From Candidatus Latescibacterota bacterium (GTDB lineage: Bacteria > Latescibacterota > UBA2968 > GCA-2709665), in assembly GCA_965208835.1 (NCBI GenBank), contig OZ242358.1:2624001-2688000 (forward strand): 64,000 bases of DNA. Reading direction: 5' to 3'. The notes below the pieces were generated by a model, which did no database searches, was not told the DNA's origin, and was given only the letters and a program-made list of their open reading frames with translations. Position numbers and translations under genes: made by a program. Positions 28,368 through 37,747 of the stretch are shown here, piece by piece (within the stretch, counting starts at the first letter, position 1; every line of letters starts with the position of its first letter).

Positions 28368-29453
28368 TTGAAGAGAAAAGTCCTGGGCGGTTTTTATATG
28401 GTATTCACCGCATCTGCCATTCTGGCCGGATGCGGCGGGCAAACAGAACAGCGGTCCGTGGATCTGACCGTCCCCGTGACGGTTCAGGCAGTGCGTCTGG
28501 ACACCATGGAGGCGACAGTGGCGGCCACGGGCACGCTCCGGCCCTTCAAAGAAGCCCGTATTCAGACCGAGGTGGAGGGAATTATTCAATTCGTGGCGCG
28601 GGGCGTCGGCGGACGACTGACGGAAGGGATGCGGGTGACCCGGAACCAGGAGATCGCCCGTCTTGCAAACAGGGAGCTCGTTGTCAACGCGCGCCTGGAA
28701 TCCCGTGAACTTGCGCGCTCCGCGGCGACGCGCACGCTGCGCGAGCAGGAGGTACTCGTAGAACGCAAACTGGGCACGGAGAGAGACCTGGAAGAAGCGC
28801 GCCGGGCCCTCGCCGAGGCCGAATCCAACTATGAAGATGCTCTCGTTCAGATCGCCAAGACGACGATTCGGACGCCAATCGCCGGTTTTCTGACAGGATT
28901 GGCCGATATTACCGAAGGCACGCTGGTGGAAGCCCGCACCACCGTTGCAACGGTGATGGATTACAATCAGGTGTTCGTCGATCTCAAGATTCCAAATGCA
29001 TATATCGCATCCGTTTCACCGGGCCAGGTCTTGCGGGTAGAGAACTACGCGTTGCCCAACCGGCGGTTTCTGGGGACCGTCAAGGTCGTGGACCCCGCCA
29101 TCGATCCGACGACGCGTACGTTCCGGGTGCTGGGGGTGGTAAAGAACCCGAACCTGATGCTGCGCCCCGGGATGTTCGTAAAGGCCGAGATTGTCACCCG
29201 GTCTCACGAAGACGCGGTCGTGGTCCCGCGCCGCTTCGTCCTGACCCGCCAGAATCGTAAGGTGGTGTTCGTCGAAGAGGAGGGAAGGGCACAGATGCGC
29301 AATGTGAAACTGGGATTGGAGGGGCCGGAGCAGGTCGAGATTCTCGAAGGGCTTGAACCGGGTGAGCGCCTCATTACCAGCAATTACGAGACGCTGCGGC
29401 CGCGTACGCGCGTGCGGGTGACCGGGGACGGCGTGTCGGGGCAGCAACGATAA
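28368..29453 (+). CDS. RND periplasmic adaptor (membrane fusion) lipoprotein
   Basis: Lipobox LAGC; ATGTL.P, TTIRTPIAG, IDPTTRTF, LRPGMFV. Confidence 0.92.
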   Translation: MKRKVLGGFYMVFTASAILAGCGGQTEQRSVDLTVPVTVQAVRLDTMEATVAATGTLRPFKEARIQTEVEGIIQFVARGVGGRLTEGMRVTRNQEIARLANRELVVNARLESRELARSAATRTLREQEVLVERKLGTERDLEEARRALAEAESNYEDALVQIAKTTIRTPIAGFLTGLADITEGTLVEARTTVATVMDYNQVFVDLKIPNAYIASVSPGQVLRVENYALPNRRFLGTVKVVDPAIDPTTRTFRVLGVVKNPNLMLRPGMFVKAEIVTRSHEDAVVVPRRFVLTRQNRKVVFVEEEGRAQMRNVKLGLEGPEQVEILEGLEPGERLITSNYETLRPRTRVRVTGDGVSGQQR

Positions 29454-29541
29454 CCGTGAGCGCCGTACATCCATCGTCCTGACTGCCGTACCGGCTCGAG
29501 AGGTCCCGTCTGCAACGAACGAAACATCGTGTGAAATTTTT

Positions 29542-29725
29542 GTGTCCTGTCCCGAAATTTCCTCACCATTCGACCGCCGATTCATCCCGTCTCGCTGCGT
29601 TCCCGTCGCTCGCCGACCATACGCAGGTTGCCTGCGCTCCGGCGCTGGTTCCTGAGCCTGTCGAAGGATGCGAGCCGGGCGACTCAGCGGTCGAATTCAT
29701 CCAACTTATTTCCGGGACAGAACAC
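29542..29725 (+). mobile_element. MITE copy 2 (184 bp, with ~21-bp internal insertion)
   Basis: GTGTCCTGTCCCG...CGGGACAGAACAC; aligns to copies 1 and 3 except for extra TGGTTCCTGAGCCTGTCGAAGGA. Confidence 0.85.
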
Positions 29726-29734
29726 CAGATTGGA

Positions 29735-29782
29735 CCCCTCTGGGGCCCGGCGACAGCGTGTGGGCCTTCCGGAGGGTTTTTT
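29735..29782 (+). terminator. Terminator-like hairpin between adaptor and RND genes
   Basis: CCCTCTGGGGCCC...GGGCCTTCCGGAGGG followed by T7. Confidence 0.5.
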
Positions 29783-29954
29783 TAACCCGCTGTGTCGATG
29801 CACGCATACCGGAGACATGGACCCGCGACCCACGATGTCTTCAGGCATCGTCACACTCGATCCCGGGGACCTTTTCCTGCCATCGTCTCCATCCATGTAA
29901 ATCTACGGTTTCTGAGTTAAAGAAACCTGTTCTTGCGCAAAAAGGGCCGATACG

Positions 29955-32900
29955 ATGTCATTGCCCGAATTCTCGACGAAATATCCCGTGACGGTCGCTA
30001 TGGCGACGCTGACGGTAGCGCTTCTCGGCTGGATTTCGCTGGAGCGGCTGGACGTGGATCTGTTGCCCGACCTGCGTTCGCCCGTGATCACTGTGGACCT
30101 GCGTTTTCCGGGCAAGACGCCCAGAGAGATGGAGGAACGATATGCGCAGCACCTGGAGGGTGACATCGGCACGGTGCGACACGTCAAACGGGTACATTCC
30201 GTGTCACGCTCCGGGCAGGCCGTGGTAATCGCGGAATTCGAGTGGGACGCGGACATGGATTTCGCCGTACTCGATGTGCAGAAGAAAGTGGCCCGGTACG
30301 CGTCGGACCCGGATATCACGAGCCTGGACGTTACACAGGAAGACCCGCAGGCGTTGCCGGTGATGCGCCTCGCCGTATCGGGAGCGGACTGGCAGGATCC
30401 CGACGAATTACTGGGCAGGGTGGAGAACATCATTCGGCCCAAGCTTGAAGGGATGTCCGGAGTGGCTTCGGTGGAAATCGAAGGGGGGGCCGAGAAAGAG
30501 ATCCGCGTCACACTGGATTCCTATCTCCTGCAAGCATTTGGCGTTAATTCCGAAACGGTGGTCTCGCGGATTCGCGAGGCGAATTCGGATGTCTCCGGAG
30601 GAACGCTGAAGGACGGGCAGCGATCTTATCTGGTAAAGGGCCTGGGACGCCTGACGGATCTTGCGGACGTGAACAATCTGGTTGTGGGCGAGCGCAGGGG
30701 CGAATCGACGAACGGCGGAGACGACGCTTCGACCCACCGCGTGCCGGTCATGGTCAGCGACGTGGGTACCGTAGCTCTGCAATACAGAGAGCGTGAAACC
30801 ATCGTGCGCCTGGACGGTATTGAATGTGTAGGGCTTTCAGTTTACAAGGAAGCCGACTCGAATACCTCTTCAGTCGTCAACGGAGTCCTCCAGGAACTGG
30901 GAAGCCTGGAGGCCGATCTGGCCGGCATCCGGTTTACCGTGGTGGAGAACCAGGCGCGCTTTGTCGAACGCGCGGTAGATGAAGTGGAAGAGGCGGCTGT
31001 TATCGGCGCGTTGCTGGCCGTGGGCGTGCTGCTTGCCGCGCTCCGGCAATGGACGGCCACGCTGGTGATCGGCCTTGCCATTCCGATCTCCGTCCTGGCG
31101 ACCTTTACGCTGATGTATTTCCAAGGGTTGTCGTTGAACGTGATGACCCTCGGCGGTCTGGCGCTGGGCGCGGGCATGCTGGTGGATAACGCCATCGTCG
31201 TGATTGAAAACATCTACCGGCACCTCGAAAGTGGAGAAACCGCCGTGGAAGCCTCGGTGAAAGGCGCCGGCGAGGTCGGGGTCGCGATTCTGGCTTCCAC
31301 CCTGACGACGGTTTCCGTCTTTCTGCCGATCGTCTATCTTCAGGGGTTGGCCGGCGAACTCTTCAAGGAACAGGCCTGGACGGTTGCGTTTTCACTGATT
31401 TCGTCTCTTGCCGTAGCGATGACGGTGGTCCCAATGTTGACCGCACGGCTCTTCAGTCGGTATCGGCGCAGATCCACCAGGGCCGCCGGGGCGGGGACGT
31501 TCAGGCGTTTTCTGGATGCGTCCCTTAACCATAAGGGCCGCACGATGGCGGTACTGGCAGCCTGCCTTCTGGCCGCCTTCTATATGGCCTCGTCCATCCA
31601 TACGTCATTCATTCCCACGGAAGACGAGGGCGTACTTCACGTGGACCTCGCAATGCCGGAGGGCACAAGGCTCGAGTCGACAGACAGAGTGGCGAGGCGG
31701 GTTGCGGCGATTGCACAGGCGGTTGCCGGAGAGGAAGCACGGCACATCTACCTGCGGGCGGGAACCGATCCGAACCGGTTCACGGCCGTGGGAGAACCCA
31801 CAGGCCCGAACCGGGCCGAGCTGACGGTCGTCCTGGGCCCGCAAACGGACCGCCGGGGTGTCACTGAACTCACCGCCGCACTGGATGCAGCTCTTCTGGA
31901 AGTTCCGAACGTCAAGGTTAACTATCGACTGCACAAATCTGCGTTGGAAGGACTTGTACGTGGAGGCGCCGCACCGGTCCAGGTGGAGGTCAGCGGTGAG
32001 AATCTGGTACTGCTTCGGGAGCTGACGGCAGACTTGAAACGGCGTATGGACGTGCTGTCGACGGTATATAATGTACGAACCAGCTTCCAGGACGGTCAAC
32101 CCGAGGTGGACGTCGTGCTGCGGCCGGAAGTCACAGCGGCGTTCGGCCTTACCTCACAGAACCTCGTGCGTGAACTCGAGCGCAGACTCGGCGGCGAGGA
32201 AGCCGGAGAACTCTCCAAGGACCAGCGTGCGCGAACCATCCGGGTGGGGTTCGAAGACGTGGATCTTCGTGAGTTGGAACATGCGAGAATCGACGGCCCC
32301 GACGGGGCAAGGCTCACGCTGGGAGACCTCGCCGACCTTCGCGTGGTCCAGGGTCCAAGAGAAATTCTGCGTGACGGTCAGCGCAGGGTGGGGAGGGTAT
32401 CCGCTTTTCTGACCGAAGGCGTGGTCTTGAGCCAGGCGGCAACGCAGATCAGACAGGCGGTCAGTCAGATGGCCATTCCACACGGGTACCGGATAACCAT
32501 AACCGGCGAGGAACGGGAACGTGCCGAATCGTTCGGAGGCCTGCAATTCGCCCTTCTGCTTTCCGTGGTGCTCGTCTACATGGTCATGGCATCGCTCTTC
32601 GAGTCTCTGCTGCATCCGTTTACCGTGATGCTGACCGTGCCGCTGGCCGGCATCGGGGTGGTGTTCGCATTCTGGGGACTGGGAGAGGCTTTCGGCGTGA
32701 TGGCTTTCATCGGAGCGATCATGCTGGGAGGCATCGCGGTCAACGACGCCATCATCCTGGTGGACCACATCAACCAGTTGCGGCGGAAAGCGGGCGATGT
32801 CAGGATGGCCGTCCTCCAGGGCGCGCAGGATCGTCTGCGTCCCATCCTGATGACCAGCGCCACGACCATTCTGGCACTGCTGCCCATGGCGGTGGGTGTC

Positions 32901-33038
32901 GGCGAAGGCGCCCGCCTGCGGGCGCCGATGGCAGTGGCGGTTATCGGCGGATTGGTGACGTCCACATTAATGACCCTGGTGGTGATTCCAGTCGTCTACG
33001 AAATGATCGAACGGCTCAGAAACAGGAGGACGGCGTGA
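29955..33038 (+). CDS. RND efflux permease (AcrB-like)
   Basis: 1027 aa; VDLLPD, GMLVDNAIVVIEN, FES.LHP, AVNDAIIL, RLRPILMT, PMAVAVIGGL. Confidence 0.95.
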   Translation: MSLPEFSTKYPVTVAMATLTVALLGWISLERLDVDLLPDLRSPVITVDLRFPGKTPREMEERYAQHLEGDIGTVRHVKRVHSVSRSGQAVVIAEFEWDADMDFAVLDVQKKVARYASDPDITSLDVTQEDPQALPVMRLAVSGADWQDPDELLGRVENIIRPKLEGMSGVASVEIEGGAEKEIRVTLDSYLLQAFGVNSETVVSRIREANSDVSGGTLKDGQRSYLVKGLGRLTDLADVNNLVVGERRGESTNGGDDASTHRVPVMVSDVGTVALQYRERETIVRLDGIECVGLSVYKEADSNTSSVVNGVLQELGSLEADLAGIRFTVVENQARFVERAVDEVEEAAVIGALLAVGVLLAALRQWTATLVIGLAIPISVLATFTLMYFQGLSLNVMTLGGLALGAGMLVDNAIVVIENIYRHLESGETAVEASVKGAGEVGVAILASTLTTVSVFLPIVYLQGLAGELFKEQAWTVAFSLISSLAVAMTVVPMLTARLFSRYRRRSTRAAGAGTFRRFLDASLNHKGRTMAVLAACLLAAFYMASSIHTSFIPTEDEGVLHVDLAMPEGTRLESTDRVARRVAAIAQAVAGEEARHIYLRAGTDPNRFTAVGEPTGPNRAELTVVLGPQTDRRGVTELTAALDAALLEVPNVKVNYRLHKSALEGLVRGGAAPVQVEVSGENLVLLRELTADLKRRMDVLSTVYNVRTSFQDGQPEVDVVLRPEVTAAFGLTSQNLVRELERRLGGEEAGELSKDQRARTIRVGFEDVDLRELEHARIDGPDGARLTLGDLADLRVVQGPREILRDGQRRVGRVSAFLTEGVVLSQAATQIRQAVSQMAIPHGYRITITGEERERAESFGGLQFALLLSVVLVYMVMASLFESLLHPFTVMLTVPLAGIGVVFAFWGLGEAFGVMAFIGAIMLGGIAVNDAIILVDHINQLRRKAGDVRMAVLQGAQDRLRPILMTSATTILALLPMAVGVGEGARLRAPMAVAVIGGLVTSTLMTLVVIPVVYEMIERLRNRRTA

Positions 33039-36000
33039 TTCTCCCCGATCTTGCGGTCCGGCGGCCGGTCACCACGTCCATGTTCTTTGCCGCGTTCGCC
33101 ATATTGGGGGTGGTGTCGTGGACGAGGCTCCCCATACAGCTTTTTCCGGAGCTGATCTTTCCGGAGGTATATGTCACGCTGACGCTGCAGGGGGCCTCTC
33201 CGGAACAGGTAGAGAGAGATCTGCTGATTCCCGTCGAAGGCGAGATCGGCAAACTCGACGGCGTCCAGGAGATGGAATCGTTCGCGATGGCAAACAGGGG
33301 GGGTGTCCGGGTATCCTACGCCCCCGACGTGGATATGAAATTCGCCCTGCTTCAGCTGCAGAGCAACCTGAACCGATTGCAGGCATCGCTGCCCGAACGC
33401 ACGCAGACCGATGTACGGAGGTTCGATTCGACCGATCTCAGCAGCAGCATTATGGAGCTTCACGTGCTTGCCGACTGGGACCTGAACCAGTTGCGGGAGT
33501 TCGCGGAGGAAAAGATCCGACCCGAACTGGAGTCTGTCGACGGCGTCGTGAACGTATCCGTATTGGGCGGGCGCCGCAGCGCGGTTGAAATCGTCCTGGA
33601 TCCGTTCCTGCTGGAAGCGCACGGCCTTTCGACGGGCCAGGTACGGACACGCCTTAACAGCCACAACCGGAGACGTGAGTACCTGGGTCGGGTATACGAC
33701 GGGAACCGGGCCTATTCGGTTAGCATTCAGGGACAGTTTACGGACCTGCACCAGATTCGCAATCTCGTCTTGAACGAGGACGGCACGCTCAGGTTGGGCG
33801 ACGTCTCGCGGATCAGGCACGGACTTCAGGAGCAGGCCGATCGGCACAGAGTCAACGGCAAACCTTCTGTGGGCGTGCGCGTCCAGAAGGACGACGAAGC
33901 GAATCTGATCGAAGTGGCCGCTGACGTGGAAACCGCCGTTGGCCGGCTGAATCGGAATCTCGAGAGTGAGGGTGTGGAACTGGGCGTGAGTTCCTCCCAG
34001 GCCGATCTGATGACGGGGGCGCTCTCCACCCTGAAACAGGCGGCCATCGTCGGTGCCGTGCTCGGGCTCATCGTACTCTTTCTGTTTCTTCGCAACCTGC
34101 GTTTTGTCTCGGTCCTCCTGCTGGCCATCCCGGTCTCCCTCCTGATGACCTTTAATCTGATGTACCTGGGCGGGCTGTCCGTCAACGTGCTGTCGCTTTG
34201 CGGTCTCGCGCTCGCGATGGGAATGCTCGCGGACAACGGCATCGTGGTGATGGAGAATATCTTCAAACACTACGAACGAGGAAAGTCGCCCGCGCGCGCG
34301 GCACGGGACGGGGCGTCCGAAGTCGGGCGCGCGGTGATCGCGGCGACAGCAACCACGGTAACCGCATTCCTGCCGGTTCTGTTCATCGAAAGCGACGCAC
34401 GAGACCTGCTGCGTGAACTCGCGTTGTCCATGGCGTTTCCGCTTGTGGCTTCGCTGCTGGTGGCGCTTACGCTTGTCCCCGCCCTTGCCGTCCGCGCATT
34501 GAGCAGCGAGGTCCGGCAGCCGCCGGACGTCCGTGGCCTGCTCGAACGGTATACCATGCTGTTGAAGGCCGCATTGCGGCACCGTGCATCTGTGGTCCTG
34601 GCGGTCGGCGCCGCCCTTGCGCTGACACTCGTCCTGGCCTTCTTCTACCTGCTTCAACAACAGGTACGGAGGGAGGAGACGCGCTTTACGGTTTACGTGA
34701 ATCTGCCGGAAGGCGCCACGCTGGATGCCACGGATGAGGTTGTGAAACAGGTGGAGGAATCCGTACGGGACGTGCCCGGTCTGGATCGCTTTACGGCGTC
34801 GGTCCGTGAGGCCGAGGCCGACGTAAACGTCCTGCTGCATAACCGTTCCGGGCGGCCCGGTGGTATCTCGCTGGATGAAATCAAGGAACAGCTGGACGAG
34901 AAACTGCAGAATGTACAGGGAGGTGTCGTTGGATACGAACCCAGGCCCAGGGCGGGGAGGGGGGGCCGTGGGCAGGGGATAGGTCAACGCCGGCGGCGCA
35001 GTTCCGGAGGGTTCGATCTGACCGGAACCACGCCTGCAGAGCAGGTCGTGGTACGCGGATACGACTTTACGATACTGACAATGATCGCGAACGACGTGTC
35101 ATACCGGCTTGAGGAACTCGAGGAGGTGGATGCCAACAGTGTACGTGCCGACGCCGAACGGAGTTCGCCCGAGGTCCAGGTGATTCCCGACGCGTCGGCC
35201 CTGTTCGACAGGCGGCTCGACACGCGGGAGGTCCTCGCTGCAATGGGTGACACCCGATGGGACGGGTTCAGAACGACCGTTCCGTTTCTGCTGCCCGATG
35301 CCACCGAGATACCCATCGAAGTGCGAACGATCGAAGAGGAGGACCGCGACCGGTACGGGCTGTCTGAATTCCGGCGTTCGCGCATTCTGAACCAGGACGG
35401 CCACTACGTACCTCTTAACGAAGTCGCCCGGGTCCGGACGGACGAGGGCAGAAGCAGCCTGTTGCGGACCGACCAGACTCGCCGGCTCGTGGTTTCGTAC
35501 AGGTTTCCATCGGAAGTTCTGGATTCTCAACCACGATTGGATCTTGCGAGGCGGGCGGTGCGCGCGACGCTGCAGGATATGCTGCTTCCCGAGGGTTATT
35601 CGATCGAAGTCATCGAGGCACACGAGGAGATGATTTACTATTGGATGATGGCAATAGCCGCGGTACTCATCTATATGATTCTGGCCTCGCTGTTTGAATC
35701 TCTCTCCTCTCCGATAATCATCCTGTGTACGCTTCCGCCCGCGGCCATCGGCTCCTGCTGGGCGCTGATGATGTCAGGTACGGGCCTGAGCCAGCAGGAG
35801 GGTCCCATGGCGCTACTGGGCTTCATCGTCCTGCTTGGTATTGCGGTGAATAACGGGATTATCCTGATCGACGCCGTCGGTGTGCTCAGATCCCGATTCG
35901 GCTATCGTCGGGAACGCGCCGTACTGGCGGCCGCGAGATCCCGTGTAAGACCCATCCTGATGACAACGGCCACCACGCTGCTGGGCGTTCTTCCGCTGGC

Positions 36001-37747
36001 GCTGGAATTCGGCGGCGATTTTGAGATCTGGCCACCCTTCGCAATCACGGTACTGGGCGGATTGTCGGTCTCCATGGTGTCCACGCTGATCCTGATTCCA
36101 GTCGTATATATGGGACTGGATCAAATCGGAGATTGGCTTGCAGATATGGGGTTAATCGGCGTCGCGCTCTCGCTGCTGGCCACGGCCGCGGCCGGCTACG
36201 GCATATTTGTCCGATATGAAAGCACCTTCTGGGCAAGCCTGTCGATAATACCACTCTGGATTGTCTTTTTGACCGTGGCGTGGATCATCCAGAAGGTACA
36301 TCGCTCGCGAGTCGCCGCCCGCCGCGTGTCGAGCGCCGTACACGCCATTCAGTTGAGAAACCTTACCAAGATTTACGGTGCACCCGGACGATTCGTGCGG
36401 GAGTGGGCGCGTGATGAGCGCCGGCGCGGGCGGCTGATGAAAACAGGTCTGGATCCGCAGGACCGCAAGGCGATCCGCGACGCACTCTTTTGGAAGCTGC
36501 CTTTGCTTGCGCTGTTGTCGTTATTCACCGCCTATTTCGAAGACGAAATCTGGGTCTATCTGCATGGGTTGGCGTTGGCCTTTATGGTGGCCCACGTGGG
36601 TCGATGTTTCGCAGACCTCCGCCAGTGGCATCTGCAGGCGCCGTTCGCTGCCATTGTCAGACTGCTGAACAAAGTCGTTCTTCCACTGACGCTTATCGCC
36701 TATGTGCACTGGCGGCTGGACCTGCTTTCGGTCACGCTTGCCACATTCGGACTGTGGGCCGCCTATCGTCTGGCACGCCGGCTTGCAAACCGGGTACGGA
36801 CGGGCGAGATCGATCCTGATGCCCTGTCGGGACGTCTTCTGCGACCGCGCCGGTGGTTCTATCAGATGGCGTCGGCGCTGCCTATTATTGGCGTTCCCCG
36901 GCGGGAATTTCGGGCGCTGGCTGGCGTCAACCTGGAAATCGGCAGGGGGATGTTCGGTCTTCTGGGTCCGAATGGCGCCGGCAAGACCACGTTGATGCGT
37001 ATTCTCTGCCGTGTACTCGAACCCAGCTACGGGTCCATTCTGATCGACGGCCGAAATATCCCGAATAAGGGTTCGATCCATGGACTGATCGGGTACCTGC
37101 CACAGCACTTCGGCAACTACGGACACCTTTCCGCATACGAGTTTCTGGAGTATAGAGCGCTGCTCGAGGGCTTCAAGGACAGAAAGATTCGCGAGACCCG
37201 GGTGATCGAATCTCTGGAGCAGGTCAATCTGAGCGAACGAAGAGACGATCCGATCGGCTCTTTTTCGGGCGGAATGAAGCAGCGCCTCGGCATCGCGCAG
37301 ACGCTCCTGCACGCCCCGCTGATCGTCGTCGTGGACGAGCCCACGGCGGGACTCGATCCGTTGGAGCGTATCCGGTTTCGCAACCTGCTCGCCAGGCTGA
37401 GTCAGGATCGCATCGTCATTTTTTCCACGCATATCGTGGAAGACATCTCGGGAAGCTGCAATCGGCTGGCGGTACTGGACCAGGGGCGTCTACTGTATAC
37501 GGGAACGCCGGGGGAGATGAGAAATCTGGCGGCGGGCCGGGTGTGGGACGCGGTGGTTCCGGACGGACGCTTTTCCGACATGGAGGAACAACTGAAGCTC
37601 ATATCGCACCAGCGAACCCCCGACGGCGTCCGGATGCGATTCCTGTCGGAACGGGCACCGGCCGGAATCGGCGCACAGATCGTGGACCCAACCCTGGAAG
37701 ACGCATATCTCTACCTGCTTGGCGGAGGGGAGGGACAGCCGTGCTGA
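33035..37747 (+). CDS. RND permease fused to extra TM helices and a C-terminal ABC ATPase domain
   Basis: aa 1 to ~1025 RND (GMLADNGIVVMEN, AVNNGIIL, RVRPILMT), then TM segments, then GPNGAGKT, YLPQ, FSGGM, VVDEP, STH, PTLEDAY; GTGA overlap with the upstream RND gene. Confidence 0.92.
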   Translation: MILPDLAVRRPVTTSMFFAAFAILGVVSWTRLPIQLFPELIFPEVYVTLTLQGASPEQVERDLLIPVEGEIGKLDGVQEMESFAMANRGGVRVSYAPDVDMKFALLQLQSNLNRLQASLPERTQTDVRRFDSTDLSSSIMELHVLADWDLNQLREFAEEKIRPELESVDGVVNVSVLGGRRSAVEIVLDPFLLEAHGLSTGQVRTRLNSHNRRREYLGRVYDGNRAYSVSIQGQFTDLHQIRNLVLNEDGTLRLGDVSRIRHGLQEQADRHRVNGKPSVGVRVQKDDEANLIEVAADVETAVGRLNRNLESEGVELGVSSSQADLMTGALSTLKQAAIVGAVLGLIVLFLFLRNLRFVSVLLLAIPVSLLMTFNLMYLGGLSVNVLSLCGLALAMGMLADNGIVVMENIFKHYERGKSPARAARDGASEVGRAVIAATATTVTAFLPVLFIESDARDLLRELALSMAFPLVASLLVALTLVPALAVRALSSEVRQPPDVRGLLERYTMLLKAALRHRASVVLAVGAALALTLVLAFFYLLQQQVRREETRFTVYVNLPEGATLDATDEVVKQVEESVRDVPGLDRFTASVREAEADVNVLLHNRSGRPGGISLDEIKEQLDEKLQNVQGGVVGYEPRPRAGRGGRGQGIGQRRRRSSGGFDLTGTTPAEQVVVRGYDFTILTMIANDVSYRLEELEEVDANSVRADAERSSPEVQVIPDASALFDRRLDTREVLAAMGDTRWDGFRTTVPFLLPDATEIPIEVRTIEEEDRDRYGLSEFRRSRILNQDGHYVPLNEVARVRTDEGRSSLLRTDQTRRLVVSYRFPSEVLDSQPRLDLARRAVRATLQDMLLPEGYSIEVIEAHEEMIYYWMMAIAAVLIYMILASLFESLSSPIIILCTLPPAAIGSCWALMMSGTGLSQQEGPMALLGFIVLLGIAVNNGIILIDAVGVLRSRFGYRRERAVLAAARSRVRPILMTTATTLLGVLPLALEFGGDFEIWPPFAITVLGGLSVSMVSTLILIPVVYMGLDQIGDWLADMGLIGVALSLLATAAAGYGIFVRYESTFWASLSIIPLWIVFLTVAWIIQKVHRSRVAARRVSSAVHAIQLRNLTKIYGAPGRFVREWARDERRRGRLMKTGLDPQDRKAIRDALFWKLPLLALLSLFTAYFEDEIWVYLHGLALAFMVAHVGRCFADLRQWHLQAPFAAIVRLLNKVVLPLTLIAYVHWRLDLLSVTLATFGLWAAYRLARRLANRVRTGEIDPDALSGRLLRPRRWFYQMASALPIIGVPRREFRALAGVNLEIGRGMFGLLGPNGAGKTTLMRILCRVLEPSYGSILIDGRNIPNKGSIHGLIGYLPQHFGNYGHLSAYEFLEYRALLEGFKDRKIRETRVIESLEQVNLSERRDDPIGSFSGGMKQRLGIAQTLLHAPLIVVVDEPTAGLDPLERIRFRNLLARLSQDRIVIFSTHIVEDISGSCNRLAVLDQGRLLYTGTPGEMRNLAAGRVWDAVVPDGRFSDMEEQLKLISHQRTPDGVRMRFLSERAPAGIGAQIVDPTLEDAYLYLLGGGEGQPC

